Assembly (NCBI GenBank): GCA_017650925.1
Contig: JAGCDY010000072.1
Span: 1 to 51,409 of the forward strand
Reading direction: 5' to 3'
Source of the DNA: a bacterium
Lineage (GTDB): Bacteria; Auribacterota; UBA3054
Length of the DNA: 51,409 nt
A program made the translations under genes and the position numbers. Positions within the stretch are counted from its first letter, which is position 1; each line of letters opens with the position of its first letter. Positions 8,110 through 18,175 of this stretch are shown here, piece after piece. The notes below the pieces were generated by a model that was given only the letters and a program-made list of their open reading frames with translations, was not told the DNA's origin and made no database searches.

Positions 8110-11100
8110 TAATGTTCCATCCTGAAGATGCGGTATTTGATGAATTCCCTAATTCTCTGCATGACGGCATAGAGGGCCGGAGTGAAGCAGATGCCTACTA
8201 TCGTCGCCAAAAGCATGCCGGAAAACGTCGTGATGCCGATGGACTGGCGGCTGGCGGCGCCGGCGCCGTTGGCGACGACCAAAGGCCAGACGCCGAACAA
8301 GAACGACCAGGCAGTCATAAGCACGGCTCTGTAACGCATGTTGGCGCCGTTGATGGCGGCTTCCGTGATGGGCACGCCGATCTCGTGTTCCTGCTTAGAG
8401 AATTCCACCATAAGAATGGCGTTCTTGCCGGCCAGACCGATCAGCATGACAAGTCCTAGCTGAGCGTAGATGCCGAGTTCGGAATGCGTGACCTTAAGGC
8501 CGATAAGGCCGCCCAGAAGCGCGATGACGACGGAGAGCATGACGGGCACGGGAATGCACCAGCTCTCGTATTGGCCGACCAAAAAGAGGTAGGCGAAAAG
8601 ACAGGCCAGTCCGATGAGCAGGCCAAGCTGGTTCTCGTTGTTCTTCTCCTGGTAGCTTAAGTCCACCCACTCGATGTGGTAACCCTTGGGCAAAGGCGTT
8701 TCCTCGATGACCTTCATCAGTTCGCCGCTCGTCACGCCGGGCGCGGCCATGCCGTTCATGCCGGCGCACATCAGTTTGTTCATGCGCTGGATGACCTTCG
8801 GGCCGACCGTATAGCGCATCGTGCCGAGCGAGGAAAGCGGGACCTCGCCGCCGGTGTTGCTGGGGATCATCAGTTCGTCGATGTTTTCTATCGAGCGGCG
8901 TTCCGCCGCGTCCGCCTGGATCTTGACGTAATAGTTCTCACCGTTCATGGTGAAGTCGTTGATGTAGAAGGAAGCCAGCTTGCTTTGCAGCGTCGCGAAA
9001 ACGTTGGCGACGGAGACGTTCAGGCTCTGGGCTTTCTCCCTGTCGAGGTCGAAGTAGATCTGCGGCGTGTTGGCGTTGAAACTCGACATGACGTAGAGGG
9101 TTTCAGGGCGCATGGTGAGTTCATAGGACATCTTCTGGGCGACGGCGGAAAGCTTAACCGGGTCGGAGTCGGAGTCCGAACAGATCTTGTAGGAAACGCC
9201 GCCCGTGGCGCCAAGGCCCATGATGGCCGGCGGAATGAAGCAGTTGACGCTCGCGCTCGGGATGGTCGCGGCGGCCAACTGGATGTTCTGCAGAATGGCG
9301 GTGTGGCTCAGCTCCTTGCTCTCGCGCTCGTTCCAGTCTTTCAGCTGGACGATGAGCATGCCGTAGTTCTCGCCGTTGCCGTTTATGATGTTCTGGCCGG
9401 AAACGGAGAAGCAGGACTTGATGCCGCCGATGTCTTTCACCTTGTCCCTGAATTCCGTCAGGGCCCTTTCGGTGCGGGCTAATGTGGCGCCCGGCGAGAG
9501 CTCGAGGTTGCAGAGAATGACGCCCTTGTCCTCCGTCGGAAGGAAGGCGGAGGGGATCATGCCGTGGACCTTCACAGCCAGCCAGCAGCAGACCGCGAAA
9601 AGGATGATCGTGATGAGGCCGCGGCGGACCAAAAGCTTCACGACGAAAAGATAGACGCCGCGGGAGCAGTTGAGGATAAGGTTGAAGGGCGCGAAGACCC
9701 AAAGCGCCTTCTTTCTCGGCGGCCTCAGGATCAAAGAGCAGAGAGCCGGCGAGAGCGTAAGCGCGACGAGCGTCGAAAAGCACAGCGACACGCACATCGT
9801 GACGGAGAACTGGCGGTAGATGTTGCCGACCATGCCGCCGTAAAAAGCCAGAGGCACGTAGCAGGCGACCGTCACCAGAGTCGTCGCGATAATGGCGCCC
9901 GTTATCTGCTGCATGGATTTCGAGGCCGCGTCGCGCGCGGAAAGGCCTTCCCTTTCCATCAGCGACTGGCAGTTCTCGACGACGACGATGGCGTCGTCCA
10001 CCAACGATCCTATGACAAGGATCAAGCCGAACATCGTCAAAACGTTGATGGAATATCCGAGAATGTAAATGACAGGGAAAGTCGCGAGCAGCGACACCGG
10101 GATGGCGACCGCGGGAACGATCGTGGCGCGCCAGTCCTGCAGGAAGAGGTACGTGATGACGATGACCAGGATAAGCGCGATAACGAGCGTTTCCACGATC
10201 TCCTTGATCGTCGTCTTGATGAACTTGGTCGGATCGTAGGCCACTTCGTAATGGACGCCTTCCGGGAAGCGGGGCTTGTATTCCTCCAAGAGCTTGTTGA
10301 TGTTGTTGACGGTGTCGAGCGCGTTGGCGTCGCTGGTTCGGAAAGCGGCCATACCGACGCAGGGCTTGCCGTCAAGAAGACCCATGCCGGAGTAGGAGCG
10401 CGAACCCAGTTCCACTCTCGCGACGTCACTTATCTTCACCATGGAGCCGTCGGCGTCCGTTCTCAAAACGATGTCGCCGAATTCTTCCGTCGTCAGAAGA
10501 CGGCCCTTCATGTCGATCTTGTATTCGACGTATTCGTTGCTAGATTCCGAGCCGATCGTGCCGGCGGCGGCCTGCAGGTTCTGGCTCTGGATGGCGGCGA
10601 TTATGTTGGCGGTCGTGATGCCCAAGCCGGCCATGCGGAAAGGATCGAGCCAGATACGCATGGAGTAGACGCGTTCGCCGAAGACCGCGACGGAGGAGAC
10701 GCCCTCCAAGCGCGAGATGCCGTCCTTGATGGTCGTGTTGACGAAGTTGTTGAGGTCCAGGAGCGAATAGTCGTCGTCGCTCAGGAAGGCGTAGATGGTA
10801 AGGAAGTCGCCTGAACGTTTGTGGATGTTGACGCCGACCTTTTTCACTTCCTCGGGAAGCTTCGCCTCCGCCCTTTTCACGGCGTTCTGGACGTTGACCA
10901 TCGCCATGTCGTAGTCGATGCCGGACTGGAAGACGATGGAGCAGCTGTAAGAGCCGTTGTCGTCGCAGGAGGACGTGAAGTAGAGGAGGTGCTCGACGCC
11001 GTTGATCTCGGCTTCCAGGGGCACCGCGACGGTCTCCTGGACCGCCTGGGCGGAAGCGCCGGCGTAGTTGCAGCCGACGAAGATCTGGGGAGGAGCGATC

Positions 11101-11213
11101 TCAGGGTATTCCGCTACCGGGATGTTCGGAATGGATATGGCGCCGGCGAAAAGCAAAACAAGGCTGATGACCATGGCCAGGCGCGGCCTTTCGATGAAGA
11201 TCTCGGAAAACAT
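8109..11213 (-). CDS. RND efflux transporter permease (AcrB/HAE1-like)
   Basis: Length is 1034 aa. The N-terminus MFSEIFIERPRLAMVISL... is characteristic. It has 12-TM architecture with two large periplasmic loops. Confidence 0.9.
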   Translation of the reverse strand: MFSEIFIERPRLAMVISLVLLFAGAISIPNIPVAEYPEIAPPQIFVGCNYAGASAQAVQETVAVPLEAEINGVEHLLYFTSSCDDNGSYSCSIVFQSGIDYDMAMVNVQNAVKRAEAKLPEEVKKVGVNIHKRSGDFLTIYAFLSDDDYSLLDLNNFVNTTIKDGISRLEGVSSVAVFGERVYSMRIWLDPFRMAGLGITTANIIAAIQSQNLQAAAGTIGSESSNEYVEYKIDMKGRLLTTEEFGDIVLRTDADGSMVKISDVARVELGSRSYSGMGLLDGKPCVGMAAFRTSDANALDTVNNINKLLEEYKPRFPEGVHYEVAYDPTKFIKTTIKEIVETLVIALILVIVITYLFLQDWRATIVPAVAIPVSLLATFPVIYILGYSINVLTMFGLILVIGSLVDDAIVVVENCQSLMEREGLSARDAASKSMQQITGAIIATTLVTVACYVPLAFYGGMVGNIYRQFSVTMCVSLCFSTLVALTLSPALCSLILRPPRKKALWVFAPFNLILNCSRGVYLFVVKLLVRRGLITIILFAVCCWLAVKVHGMIPSAFLPTEDKGVILCNLELSPGATLARTERALTEFRDKVKDIGGIKSCFSVSGQNIINGNGENYGMLIVQLKDWNERESKELSHTAILQNIQLAAATIPSASVNCFIPPAIMGLGATGGVSYKICSDSDSDPVKLSAVAQKMSYELTMRPETLYVMSSFNANTPQIYFDLDREKAQSLNVSVANVFATLQSKLASFYINDFTMNGENYYVKIQADAAERRSIENIDELMIPSNTGGEVPLSSLGTMRYTVGPKVIQRMNKLMCAGMNGMAAPGVTSGELMKVIEETPLPKGYHIEWVDLSYQEKNNENQLGLLIGLACLFAYLFLVGQYESWCIPVPVMLSVVIALLGGLIGLKVTHSELGIYAQLGLVMLIGLAGKNAILMVEFSKQEHEIGVPITEAAINGANMRYRAVLMTAWSFLFGVWPLVVANGAGAASRQSIGITTFSGMLLATIVGICFTPALYAVMQRIREFIKYRIFRMEH

Positions 11214-11216
11214 GTC

Positions 11217-12302
11217 TTACTCCTCGACAGGCACAACTTCTGATCCGGGGACGACTTTGAGCATACCGTCGGTGACGACCCGCTCGCCTGCCTTCAAGCC
11301 TTCCAAAATGATCTGCTTGTCGCCCTTCTGGACGCCTTCTTTGACGTTGCGGCGGCTGGGAATGTTCTTTTCGTCCAGGACGTAAACGTAGGAGGCGGCT
11401 CCGTCGTGCATGACGGCGCTAGGCAATACGCAGGGATAGGTGACGCTTTCGTTCTTCGTCAGAAGGACGGAGACCGTGGCGCCCGGGCTGAGCTTATATT
11501 CGGGGTTGGCGAAAACGGCGTAGAGGATCACCGTGTCCGTCGCCTCGTTTGACTGGTTTTCCGTAATGGTAACCTTGCCGGTCTCGGGATAAAGCGAGCC
11601 GTCGCCCAGTTTTACGCTCACTACTGCCTTTTCTTTCAGCTCTTTTTCGCTGCCGTAGTCTTTTAAGAAATCTTTGTTAGAGATGGCGAAGCGCACTCTC
11701 AAAGGATCCTGCTGGATGACGGAGGCGAGGATGCCGGAACTGGGAGTGATGTAGTTGCCTTTCGTGATGGCGGTGGTGCCGACTTTGCCGGCGATGGGGG
11801 AAGAGATGACAGTGTAGCTCAAATTCTCCTTGGCCTTTATTAGGTTCGCTTCCGCGGACTGGACCGCGGCGTTGGCCATCGCGAGCTGGCTTTTCGCGTT
11901 GTCGTAGTTGTCCTTGCTCGTCACCTGCTTATTGTAGAGGTCCTCCATTCTCTTGAAGGTCTGCTCGGCGTATTCCGCTTTGGCTTTGCATTCGGTGACC
12001 TTGCCTTCCGCAGCCATCACTTCAGCTTTGTAGGGGACGTCGTCGATCTTATACATGGCCTGGCCTTCCGTAACGAAAGTGCCTTCCTCGAAGCCGACTT
12101 CCATTATTTCGCCGCTGATCCTGGCGACGAGGTCGACCTTGGCCGGGCTTACGACGCGGCCGGTGTAGCGGTGCTGGGTGACGTTCTCGGTGGTCCCGAC
12201 AGTCCCGACGGAAACATAAACTTTCTGGGCTTGCGGCGTTTCCGCGGCCATAAGCCCCGCGCAGGTCAAAAAGACAAAAAGGGATAATTTCGCTTTGTTC
12301 AT
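11217..12302 (-). CDS. RND efflux periplasmic adaptor (membrane fusion protein)
   Basis: Shows an HlyD/AcrA-like coiled-coil and barrel pattern. I prefer the start at 12302 (MNKAKLSLFVFLTCAG, preceded by AGAGGAAAGAG). The ORF-track start at 12347 would lie only 12 nt from the predicted -10. Confidence 0.8.
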   Translation of the reverse strand: MNKAKLSLFVFLTCAGLMAAETPQAQKVYVSVGTVGTTENVTQHRYTGRVVSPAKVDLVARISGEIMEVGFEEGTFVTEGQAMYKIDDVPYKAEVMAAEGKVTECKAKAEYAEQTFKRMEDLYNKQVTSKDNYDNAKSQLAMANAAVQSAEANLIKAKENLSYTVISSPIAGKVGTTAITKGNYITPSSGILASVIQQDPLRVRFAISNKDFLKDYGSEKELKEKAVVSVKLGDGSLYPETGKVTITENQSNEATDTVILYAVFANPEYKLSPGATVSVLLTKNESVTYPCVLPSAVMHDGAASYVYVLDEKNIPSRRNVKEGVQKGDKQIILEGLKAGERVVTDGMLKVVPGSEVVPVEE

Positions 12303-12358
12303 CTCTTTCCTCTGTTGAGAATTGCTTATCGCGTTATATTTTTTCATTATTAACTAGT

Positions 12359-12367
12359 ATTATAGCA
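12359..12367 (-). promoter_or_regulatory. Candidate extended -10 promoter (TGCTATAAT) of the MFP-RND-esterase operon
   Basis: The minus strand reads a perfect TGnTATAAT about 55 nt upstream of the 12302 start codon. Confidence 0.45.
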
Positions 12368-12517
12368 ATTTTTGGGGTCGCGTTGATAGGGAAAAATCCC
12401 AAACGTTTTCAGCGCTTTTGCATTACGATGTGGAAATTGCTACTATATACGAAATTATGACTGGTTATATTTTATTATTCAACAATCAATTTAAAGTTAA
12501 TTAACACATTTTAATTT

Positions 12518-13246
12518 ATGGGAAACACTGATAATTTTAATGAGGAATCCTTTTCTGAGGAACAGGCGGTCGAAACCAAGACCGCGCAAAACGCTGAAAA
12601 GCCCCGCAAGAGCTTTTTCATCAGCGATCTCTTCAACCGTTTGAACGCCGGCATAATCGATTTTCTGATCTTTTTGGGCGGCGTGTGGCTGGTTCTGCTC
12701 ATAGCGGACAGGGTCAAGGTAGAGAAGGTGATAGACGGAGTGAATGTTCTGTCCGAGTCCGCTTTCGTAACCCAGCTGAAGTATTTCGTCATCGGGTTGT
12801 GGTTCTTCTTCGCAGTAATCATGCGCGACGCCTGGGGCTACAGCCGCAGCGTCGGCAAACGCTTCTGCAACCTTAAGATCTTCGCGGTGCGCTCTCCGAA
12901 GCCCCGTTTCTTCCACACCTTTTTGAGAAACCTGACGATCCTAATTCCCACTATCGTCATCTTCGTCGCCATGGCGCTGAATGAAAAAGGCTCGATCAGC
13001 AAGGGGGTGGAAAACGTGGTCGAATTGTCCGCTTTCGCCGTGATCCTTTTGGAGGCTTTCCTTGCCCTCATCGGCCTGAGAAGGATAGGCGACCTCATCG
13101 CCGGGACGAAGGTCATCTTCTTCAAGGAAAACGTCCAGAGGAACTACCGCTACAACAACCGTTTCTCAAACGACAACGGCGGCAATTATCAGCCGCGTTA
13201 CCGCAACAACAACAATTATTACCGCAACAATAACAATCGTTATTGA
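12518..13246 (+). CDS. RDD-family membrane protein with an Asn/Tyr/Arg-rich C-terminal tail
   Basis: Contains RLNAGIIDFLIF...RDAWGYSRSVGKRFCNLKI (RDD-domain pattern). It has 3-4 hydrophobic helices. The tail reads [34 protein letters not shown]. Confidence 0.55.
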   Translation: MGNTDNFNEESFSEEQAVETKTAQNAEKPRKSFFISDLFNRLNAGIIDFLIFLGGVWLVLLIADRVKVEKVIDGVNVLSESAFVTQLKYFVIGLWFFFAVIMRDAWGYSRSVGKRFCNLKIFAVRSPKPRFFHTFLRNLTILIPTIVIFVAMALNEKGSISKGVENVVELSAFAVILLEAFLALIGLRRIGDLIAGTKVIFFKENVQRNYRYNNRFSNDNGGNYQPRYRNNNNYYRNNNNRY

Positions 13247-14034
13247 TTGAGCGCGGATCCGCAGTCGGCCGCGAGCTTCTTTGCCTTCGCGGCCTTCTTT
13301 GCGGAGCTTAGTTTTTCATCCAGCTGGATCCTGACGAAGGCGGAGCCCATGACGACTCCGTCCGCAACTTTGGCGACCCGCTTCGCCATTAATGGGTCGC
13401 TTACGCCGAAGCCAGCCGCCACGGGAAGCTTTGACATTTTCTTCAGCTCGCGGACATTGTCTTTGAGATCCTTCGGCAGCTCCGTTCTTGTTCCGGTAAC
13501 GCCCTTATAGATAATGTAATAGACGAAACCGCCTATACCTTTCAATATCTCTTTGGCCCTTTCTTTGGGCGTGGCGGGAGAAATGAGCGGGATAAGGTCG
13601 AGGCCGTGTTTGTCGAGGACCGGTTTAATTTCCTTCCTTTCCTCCAAGGGAACGTCCACCACCAATATTCCGTCCGCGCCCGCTTCTTTGGCGGCTTTCG
13701 CGAACTTTTCCGGGCCCATATGGAAGATCAGGTTGTAATAGCTGAAGAGCACGAAGCCCTTTTCGGGATATTTGCGGCTCAGCTTTTTGCAAAGGGCAAA
13801 GACGTCCTTTAAGGTCGTTCCGGAAGACAAGGCTTTCTGCGAGGAGGCCTGGATCGTCGGGCCGTCCGCCATCGGGTCCGAAAAGGGCACGCCTATTTCG
13901 AGCACGTCGACGCCGCCACTTAGCATCGCGTCCATGAATTCAATACTTTCCTTAACGGTTGGGCAGCCAGCGGAAGCGAAGCCCACCAGTTTCTTTTTTC
14001 CGTCCGAAAATATCTTTCTCAGTTTGCCGCTCAT
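13240..14034 (-). CDS. trpA: Tryptophan synthase alpha chain
   Basis: Contains the TrpA motifs [22 protein letters not shown] and GFGVS. It overlaps trpB by 4 nt. Confidence 0.92.
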   Translation of the reverse strand: MSGKLRKIFSDGKKKLVGFASAGCPTVKESIEFMDAMLSGGVDVLEIGVPFSDPMADGPTIQASSQKALSSGTTLKDVFALCKKLSRKYPEKGFVLFSYYNLIFHMGPEKFAKAAKEAGADGILVVDVPLEERKEIKPVLDKHGLDLIPLISPATPKERAKEILKGIGGFVYYIIYKGVTGTRTELPKDLKDNVRELKKMSKLPVAAGFGVSDPLMAKRVAKVADGVVMGSAFVRIQLDEKLSSAKKAAKAKKLAADCGSALNQ

Positions 14035-15221
14035 TGCTTTTTCTCCTGCATTTTGGCTTCGTAGTTCACGATGTTGTCCATATCCTTGTCGCCGCGCCCG
14101 GAAAGGCAGACGATGATGTTTTTGCCCTTGCCTAAACGTTTGGCGTTGATGATCGCCTGGGCCAGGGCGTGCGCGCTCTCAAGGGCCGGGATGATGCCCT
14201 CGTAAAGACAGAGAGAGTGGAAAGCTGATAGCGCCTCCTTATCGTTGATGGCGGTGTAAGTGACGCGCCCGATGTCGCCGAGGTAAGAGTGCTCCGGACC
14301 GACGCCCGGATAGTCGAGGCCCGCGGAAACGGAGTAGGCGTCAAGGATCTGGCCGTCAGAAGTTTGCAGCAAGTAGGTCTTGCAGCCGTGCAGGACGCCC
14401 ACTTCTCCGCCATTGATGCTGGCGGCGTGCGCCTTGGTCTTCAAGCCTCTGCCGCCGGCTTCCACGCCGAAGAGAGCGACGTCTTTGTCTTTCAGGAAAG
14501 CGTGGAAAATACCCATGGCGTTGGAGCCTCCGCCCACGCAGGCCACGACCTGGTCCGGCAGTTTGCCGGAGAGCTTCTTGAACTGGGCTCGCGCTTCCTT
14601 TCCGATGACTGACTGGAAATCCCTCACCATCGCGGGGTAGGGGTGCGGACCGGCCACCGTGCCGATGACATAGAAAGTATCCTGGAAGGTGGCGACCCAG
14701 TCGCGCAGAGCCTCGTTCATAGCGTCTTTCAGCGTTCCCGTGCCGGAGCTGACGCTTCTCACCTTAGCGCCCAGGGCGTGCATGCGCTGGACGTTCGGGG
14801 CCTGGCGCTTGATGTCGAGTTCGCCCATGAAGACTTCGCACTCGAAGCCCAGAAGCGCCGCCACGGTCGCTGTCGCGACGCCGTGCATGCCGGCGCCCGT
14901 CTCGGCGATCAGGCGTTTCTTGCCCATGCGCTTGGCCAGAAGGGCCTGGCCTATGGTGTTGTTGATCTTGTGCGCGCCGGTGTGGTTAAGGTCTTCGCGC
15001 TTAAGGTAGATGTTCGCACCGCCCACCTTTTCGGTCAATCGTTTGGCAAAATAGAGAGGTGACGTTCTTCCGACGTAATCTCTCAGCAGCGCTTTCATCT
15101 CCGCTTTGAAAGCGGGATCAGATTTAGCCTCGCTATAGGCATTTTCCAGTTCATGCAGCGCGGGCATGAGCGTTTCCGCCACGTACTGTCCGCCGTAAGG
15201 TCCGAAATGAGTTTTGCTCAT
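14031..15221 (-). CDS. trpB: Tryptophan synthase beta chain
   Basis: Begins [17 protein letters not shown] and contains the PLP-lysine region [13 protein letters not shown] and GGGSNAMG. Confidence 0.95.
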   Translation of the reverse strand: MSKTHFGPYGGQYVAETLMPALHELENAYSEAKSDPAFKAEMKALLRDYVGRTSPLYFAKRLTEKVGGANIYLKREDLNHTGAHKINNTIGQALLAKRMGKKRLIAETGAGMHGVATATVAALLGFECEVFMGELDIKRQAPNVQRMHALGAKVRSVSSGTGTLKDAMNEALRDWVATFQDTFYVIGTVAGPHPYPAMVRDFQSVIGKEARAQFKKLSGKLPDQVVACVGGGSNAMGIFHAFLKDKDVALFGVEAGGRGLKTKAHAASINGGEVGVLHGCKTYLLQTSDGQILDAYSVSAGLDYPGVGPEHSYLGDIGRVTYTAINDKEALSAFHSLCLYEGIIPALESAHALAQAIINAKRLGKGKNIIVCLSGRGDKDMDNIVNYEAKMQEKKQ

Positions 15222-15814
15222 AAGTTTTTCCTTGCTTCTTTTATGAATGCTTTTATCTTATCTATGTCTTTTTTCCTAGGGTCAATCGCGCTTTCCACTC
15301 CGCCGGCCACGTCCACGCCGATAGGCTCTCCCAGCGCGATTGCACCGCCTACGTTTTCGGGCGTGAGTCCGCCCGCCAGGATCGTAGGCCTAATTTTGCT
15401 CAGTTCACCCGCCAGAACGCGGTCGCATGAGCGCCCGCCCTTTTCGCTGTCAATGAGGAGCGTGAGATCCTTGTAATTATCCTTCGCGAAATCAAAGCTC
15501 GCTTTGTCGACCACAGGCAGCGCCTTCCAGATCTCACAGGTAGTCTGGGAGCGCAGTTCGGCAATGTATTCCTCGCTTTCCGTTCCGTGCAGCTGGATGA
15601 CGTCGAGCTTGAAGGAGAGAACAAAGTCGATGGGCGCGTTGAGGAAGACGCCCACCTTTCTGCCGAAATCTATTCTCTCGAACTCCGCTTTTTCTATGGC
15701 GCGCCTCGCCCCCGGGATCAGGATGAAGCCCAGATAATCGGCGCCCGCCTCAAAGGCGGCTTTCGCGTCGGAATAGTTGGTGAGCCCGCAGATCTTTATG
15801 AATTTACCTGGCAT
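15218..15814 (-). CDS. trpF: Phosphoribosylanthranilate isomerase
   Basis: The sequence [25 protein letters not shown] is typical of PRAI. It is positioned between trpC and trpB. Confidence 0.9.
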   Translation of the reverse strand: MPGKFIKICGLTNYSDAKAAFEAGADYLGFILIPGARRAIEKAEFERIDFGRKVGVFLNAPIDFVLSFKLDVIQLHGTESEEYIAELRSQTTCEIWKALPVVDKASFDFAKDNYKDLTLLIDSEKGGRSCDRVLAGELSKIRPTILAGGLTPENVGGAIALGEPIGVDVAGGVESAIDPRKKDIDKIKAFIKEARKNL

Positions 15815-16583
15815 TTACGAATCCTCTCAAAGCCTTGCCCGGGTCGTTTGACCTGACGAGTGTTTCGCCGATCAGAAAAGCGTCGGCGGCAGGGTACATC
15901 TTAAGGTCGGCCGGCGTTTTCAGGCCGCTCTCCGCCACCTTCGCGACATCTTTCGGCAGGACCTCTATCACCGCTTCCGACTTTTCCGGGAAGACCTGGA
16001 ATGTCCTGAGGTCGCGGCAATTCACGCCGATAACTTTGGCGCCGAGATCTGTGAGGCGCTTAGCCTCTTCCTCGGTGTGCGCTTCGCACAAAGCCTCAAG
16101 GCCGAGCTCGTGAGTGAGGCCTAAGAGCTCTTTCAAAAGCTTGTCGTTCAAGAGCGCGGCGATCAGCAGAAGCGCGTCGGCGCCCGCGGCCGCCGCTTCC
16201 AAGACCTGATAGCGGTCTATTATGAAGTCCTTCCTCAGAAGGGGAAGATCAGTTACTTCGCGGACCGCCTTCAGAACGTCCAGCGAACCGAGGAAATAAT
16301 TCTCCTCCGTCAGGACGGAAATGGCGGCCGCCCCGTTTTCGCTGTAGATTTTCGCGAAGCTAACGGGGTCGAGGTCGGCTTTGATAATGCCTTTGCTCGG
16401 CGAGGCCTTCTTTATCTCCGCGATGACGGAAACGCCCTTGCTTTTCAGAGCGGAGTAGAGGGAAAGCGGTCTTCTTTCCCGCCGCTCTATCGCCTTGAGC
16501 AATTCCGCTTCGGGGCGCGCAGCTTTTTTAGCTTTGAGACCGCGGGCCGACTTTTCGGCTATCTCCAAAAGAATGTCACGCAT
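15804..16583 (-). CDS. trpC: Indole-3-glycerol phosphate synthase
   Basis: Contains VIAEIKKASPSKGII and the LRKDFIID motifs. Confidence 0.9.
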   Translation of the reverse strand: MRDILLEIAEKSARGLKAKKAARPEAELLKAIERRERRPLSLYSALKSKGVSVIAEIKKASPSKGIIKADLDPVSFAKIYSENGAAAISVLTEENYFLGSLDVLKAVREVTDLPLLRKDFIIDRYQVLEAAAAGADALLLIAALLNDKLLKELLGLTHELGLEALCEAHTEEEAKRLTDLGAKVIGVNCRDLRTFQVFPEKSEAVIEVLPKDVAKVAESGLKTPADLKMYPAADAFLIGETLVRSNDPGKALRGFVNAR

Positions 16584-17589
16584 TTTTGCTGGCCGTCACT
16601 AGTTCGTCGAGTTTCTGTCTGGCGAAGCCTTTGTCTATCGATTCTTCCGCCATCTTGACGCCTTCCCTGAGATCCTTGGCCAGGCCGTAGATGTAGATGG
16701 CCGCGCCGGAATTGATGAGCGTCACGGCCCGGTTGGCGCCGCGGTCTTTGCCCTCCAGAACGTCGAGCAATATTTTGGCGTTCTCCTCAGGAGCGCCGCC
16801 GCCGATCTTGCCGCCCTCGAAATCCTCGAGGTAAAGCGAGGGCTCGAGGTCGTAGGTGCTGATGAGACCGTCCTTCAGTTCGGAGACGCGGGTGGGGACG
16901 TTGCAGCTGATCTCGTCCATGCCGTCCTCGGAATGCACGACCATCGCGCGCTTCACGCCGAGCTCACGAAGGGCGCCGGCCACCAGCTCCGTGATGGCGC
17001 CGTCGTAAACGCCCGTCAGCTGCGTGGTCGCGCCGGCAGGGTTCGTGAGCGGGCCGATCATGTTGAAGATCGTCCGGACGCCCAGGGCCTTTCTGAGCGG
17101 CGCCACGTTGCCGAGGATGGGGTGCATCTTCTGCGCGAAGAGGAAGCCGATGCGGTTCTCGCGGATGCTTTCCTCCATGCTTTCCGGGGAAGTCTCGAGG
17201 TTGAAGCCCAGGGCCTGGAGCACGTCCGCCGCGCCGCACTTACTTGAGACGGAGCGGTTGCCGTGTTTGGCGACAATCACGCCGGCGCCGGCCGCCACGA
17301 AAGAGGAGGTCGTCGAGATGTTGAAGGAATACGATTCGTCGCCGCCGGTCCCGACGATGTCCATGACTTCCGCCGCGCCGGTGTCGATGAACTGCCCTTT
17401 GCGCCTGAGGAAGCGCGCCGCGCCGGTCAGCTCTTCGACCGTCTCGCCCTTCATGCGCAAGGCGATCAGGAAGGCCGCCATCTGTTCCGGGCTTTCCGTT
17501 TTGGAAGCGAGCTTCGAGAGGATCTCCTCCATTTCCCCGGCGCTGAAATTCTGTTTTGCCAGAGCCTTGTTGATTTCTTTATTCAGCAT
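16576..17589 (-). CDS. trpD: Anthranilate phosphoribosyltransferase
   Basis: Contains the motifs GTGGDESYSFNISTTSSFV and KHGNRSVSSKCGAADVL. Confidence 0.93.
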   Translation of the reverse strand: MLNKEINKALAKQNFSAGEMEEILSKLASKTESPEQMAAFLIALRMKGETVEELTGAARFLRRKGQFIDTGAAEVMDIVGTGGDESYSFNISTTSSFVAAGAGVIVAKHGNRSVSSKCGAADVLQALGFNLETSPESMEESIRENRIGFLFAQKMHPILGNVAPLRKALGVRTIFNMIGPLTNPAGATTQLTGVYDGAITELVAGALRELGVKRAMVVHSEDGMDEISCNVPTRVSELKDGLISTYDLEPSLYLEDFEGGKIGGGAPEENAKILLDVLEGKDRGANRAVTLINSGAAIYIYGLAKDLREGVKMAEESIDKGFARQKLDELVTASKNA

Positions 17590-17590
17590 A

Positions 17591-18166
17591 TTATTTCTCC
17601 TTGTTTACTATCTCTATGAAGTTTTTCAGCTGTCTTTTTCCGGTCGTCGTCAGGATCGATTCGGGATGATACTGGATGCCGAAGATCGGTTTGGTCTTGT
17701 GGCGGATGCCCATGATCTCGCCGTCGTCGGATTCGGCGGTTATCTCAAGGCAATCCGGCAGCGTTTCCCTTTTGATGACAAGCGAATGGTATCTCACGAC
17801 CTTGGTCTGCTGCGGGATGCCCTGGAAGAGGTCTTCCCCGTTGTGCGTGATGGGGGAAAGCTTTCCGTGCATGAGGCGCTTGGCCCGCACGATCTCACCT
17901 CCGAAGCAGTAGCCGATCGCCTGGTGGCCTAAGCAGACGCCCAAGGTCGGAAGGTCGCCGATCATCGGGATAAGTTTCGGCATGATGCCGGCCGCTTCCG
18001 GGCGCCCCGGGCCCGGGGAGAGCACGAGGCCGGATAATCCGGAATTCAGAACTTCCTCCGGCGTCACTTCGTCGTTGCGTTTCACGACCACATCCTCGCC
18101 CAGCATCTCTATGTATTGGGCCAGATTGTAGGTGAAGGAATCGTAGTTGTCGAGTATGAAAAGCAT
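17591..18166 (-). CDS. trpG: Anthranilate synthase component II (glutamine amidotransferase)
   Basis: Begins MLFILDNYDSFTYNL. The catalytic region is GVCLGHQ...QYHPES. Confidence 0.9.
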   Translation of the reverse strand: MLFILDNYDSFTYNLAQYIEMLGEDVVVKRNDEVTPEEVLNSGLSGLVLSPGPGRPEAAGIMPKLIPMIGDLPTLGVCLGHQAIGYCFGGEIVRAKRLMHGKLSPITHNGEDLFQGIPQQTKVVRYHSLVIKRETLPDCLEITAESDDGEIMGIRHKTKPIFGIQYHPESILTTTGKRQLKNFIEIVNKEK

Positions 18167-18175
18167 AATTACTCC

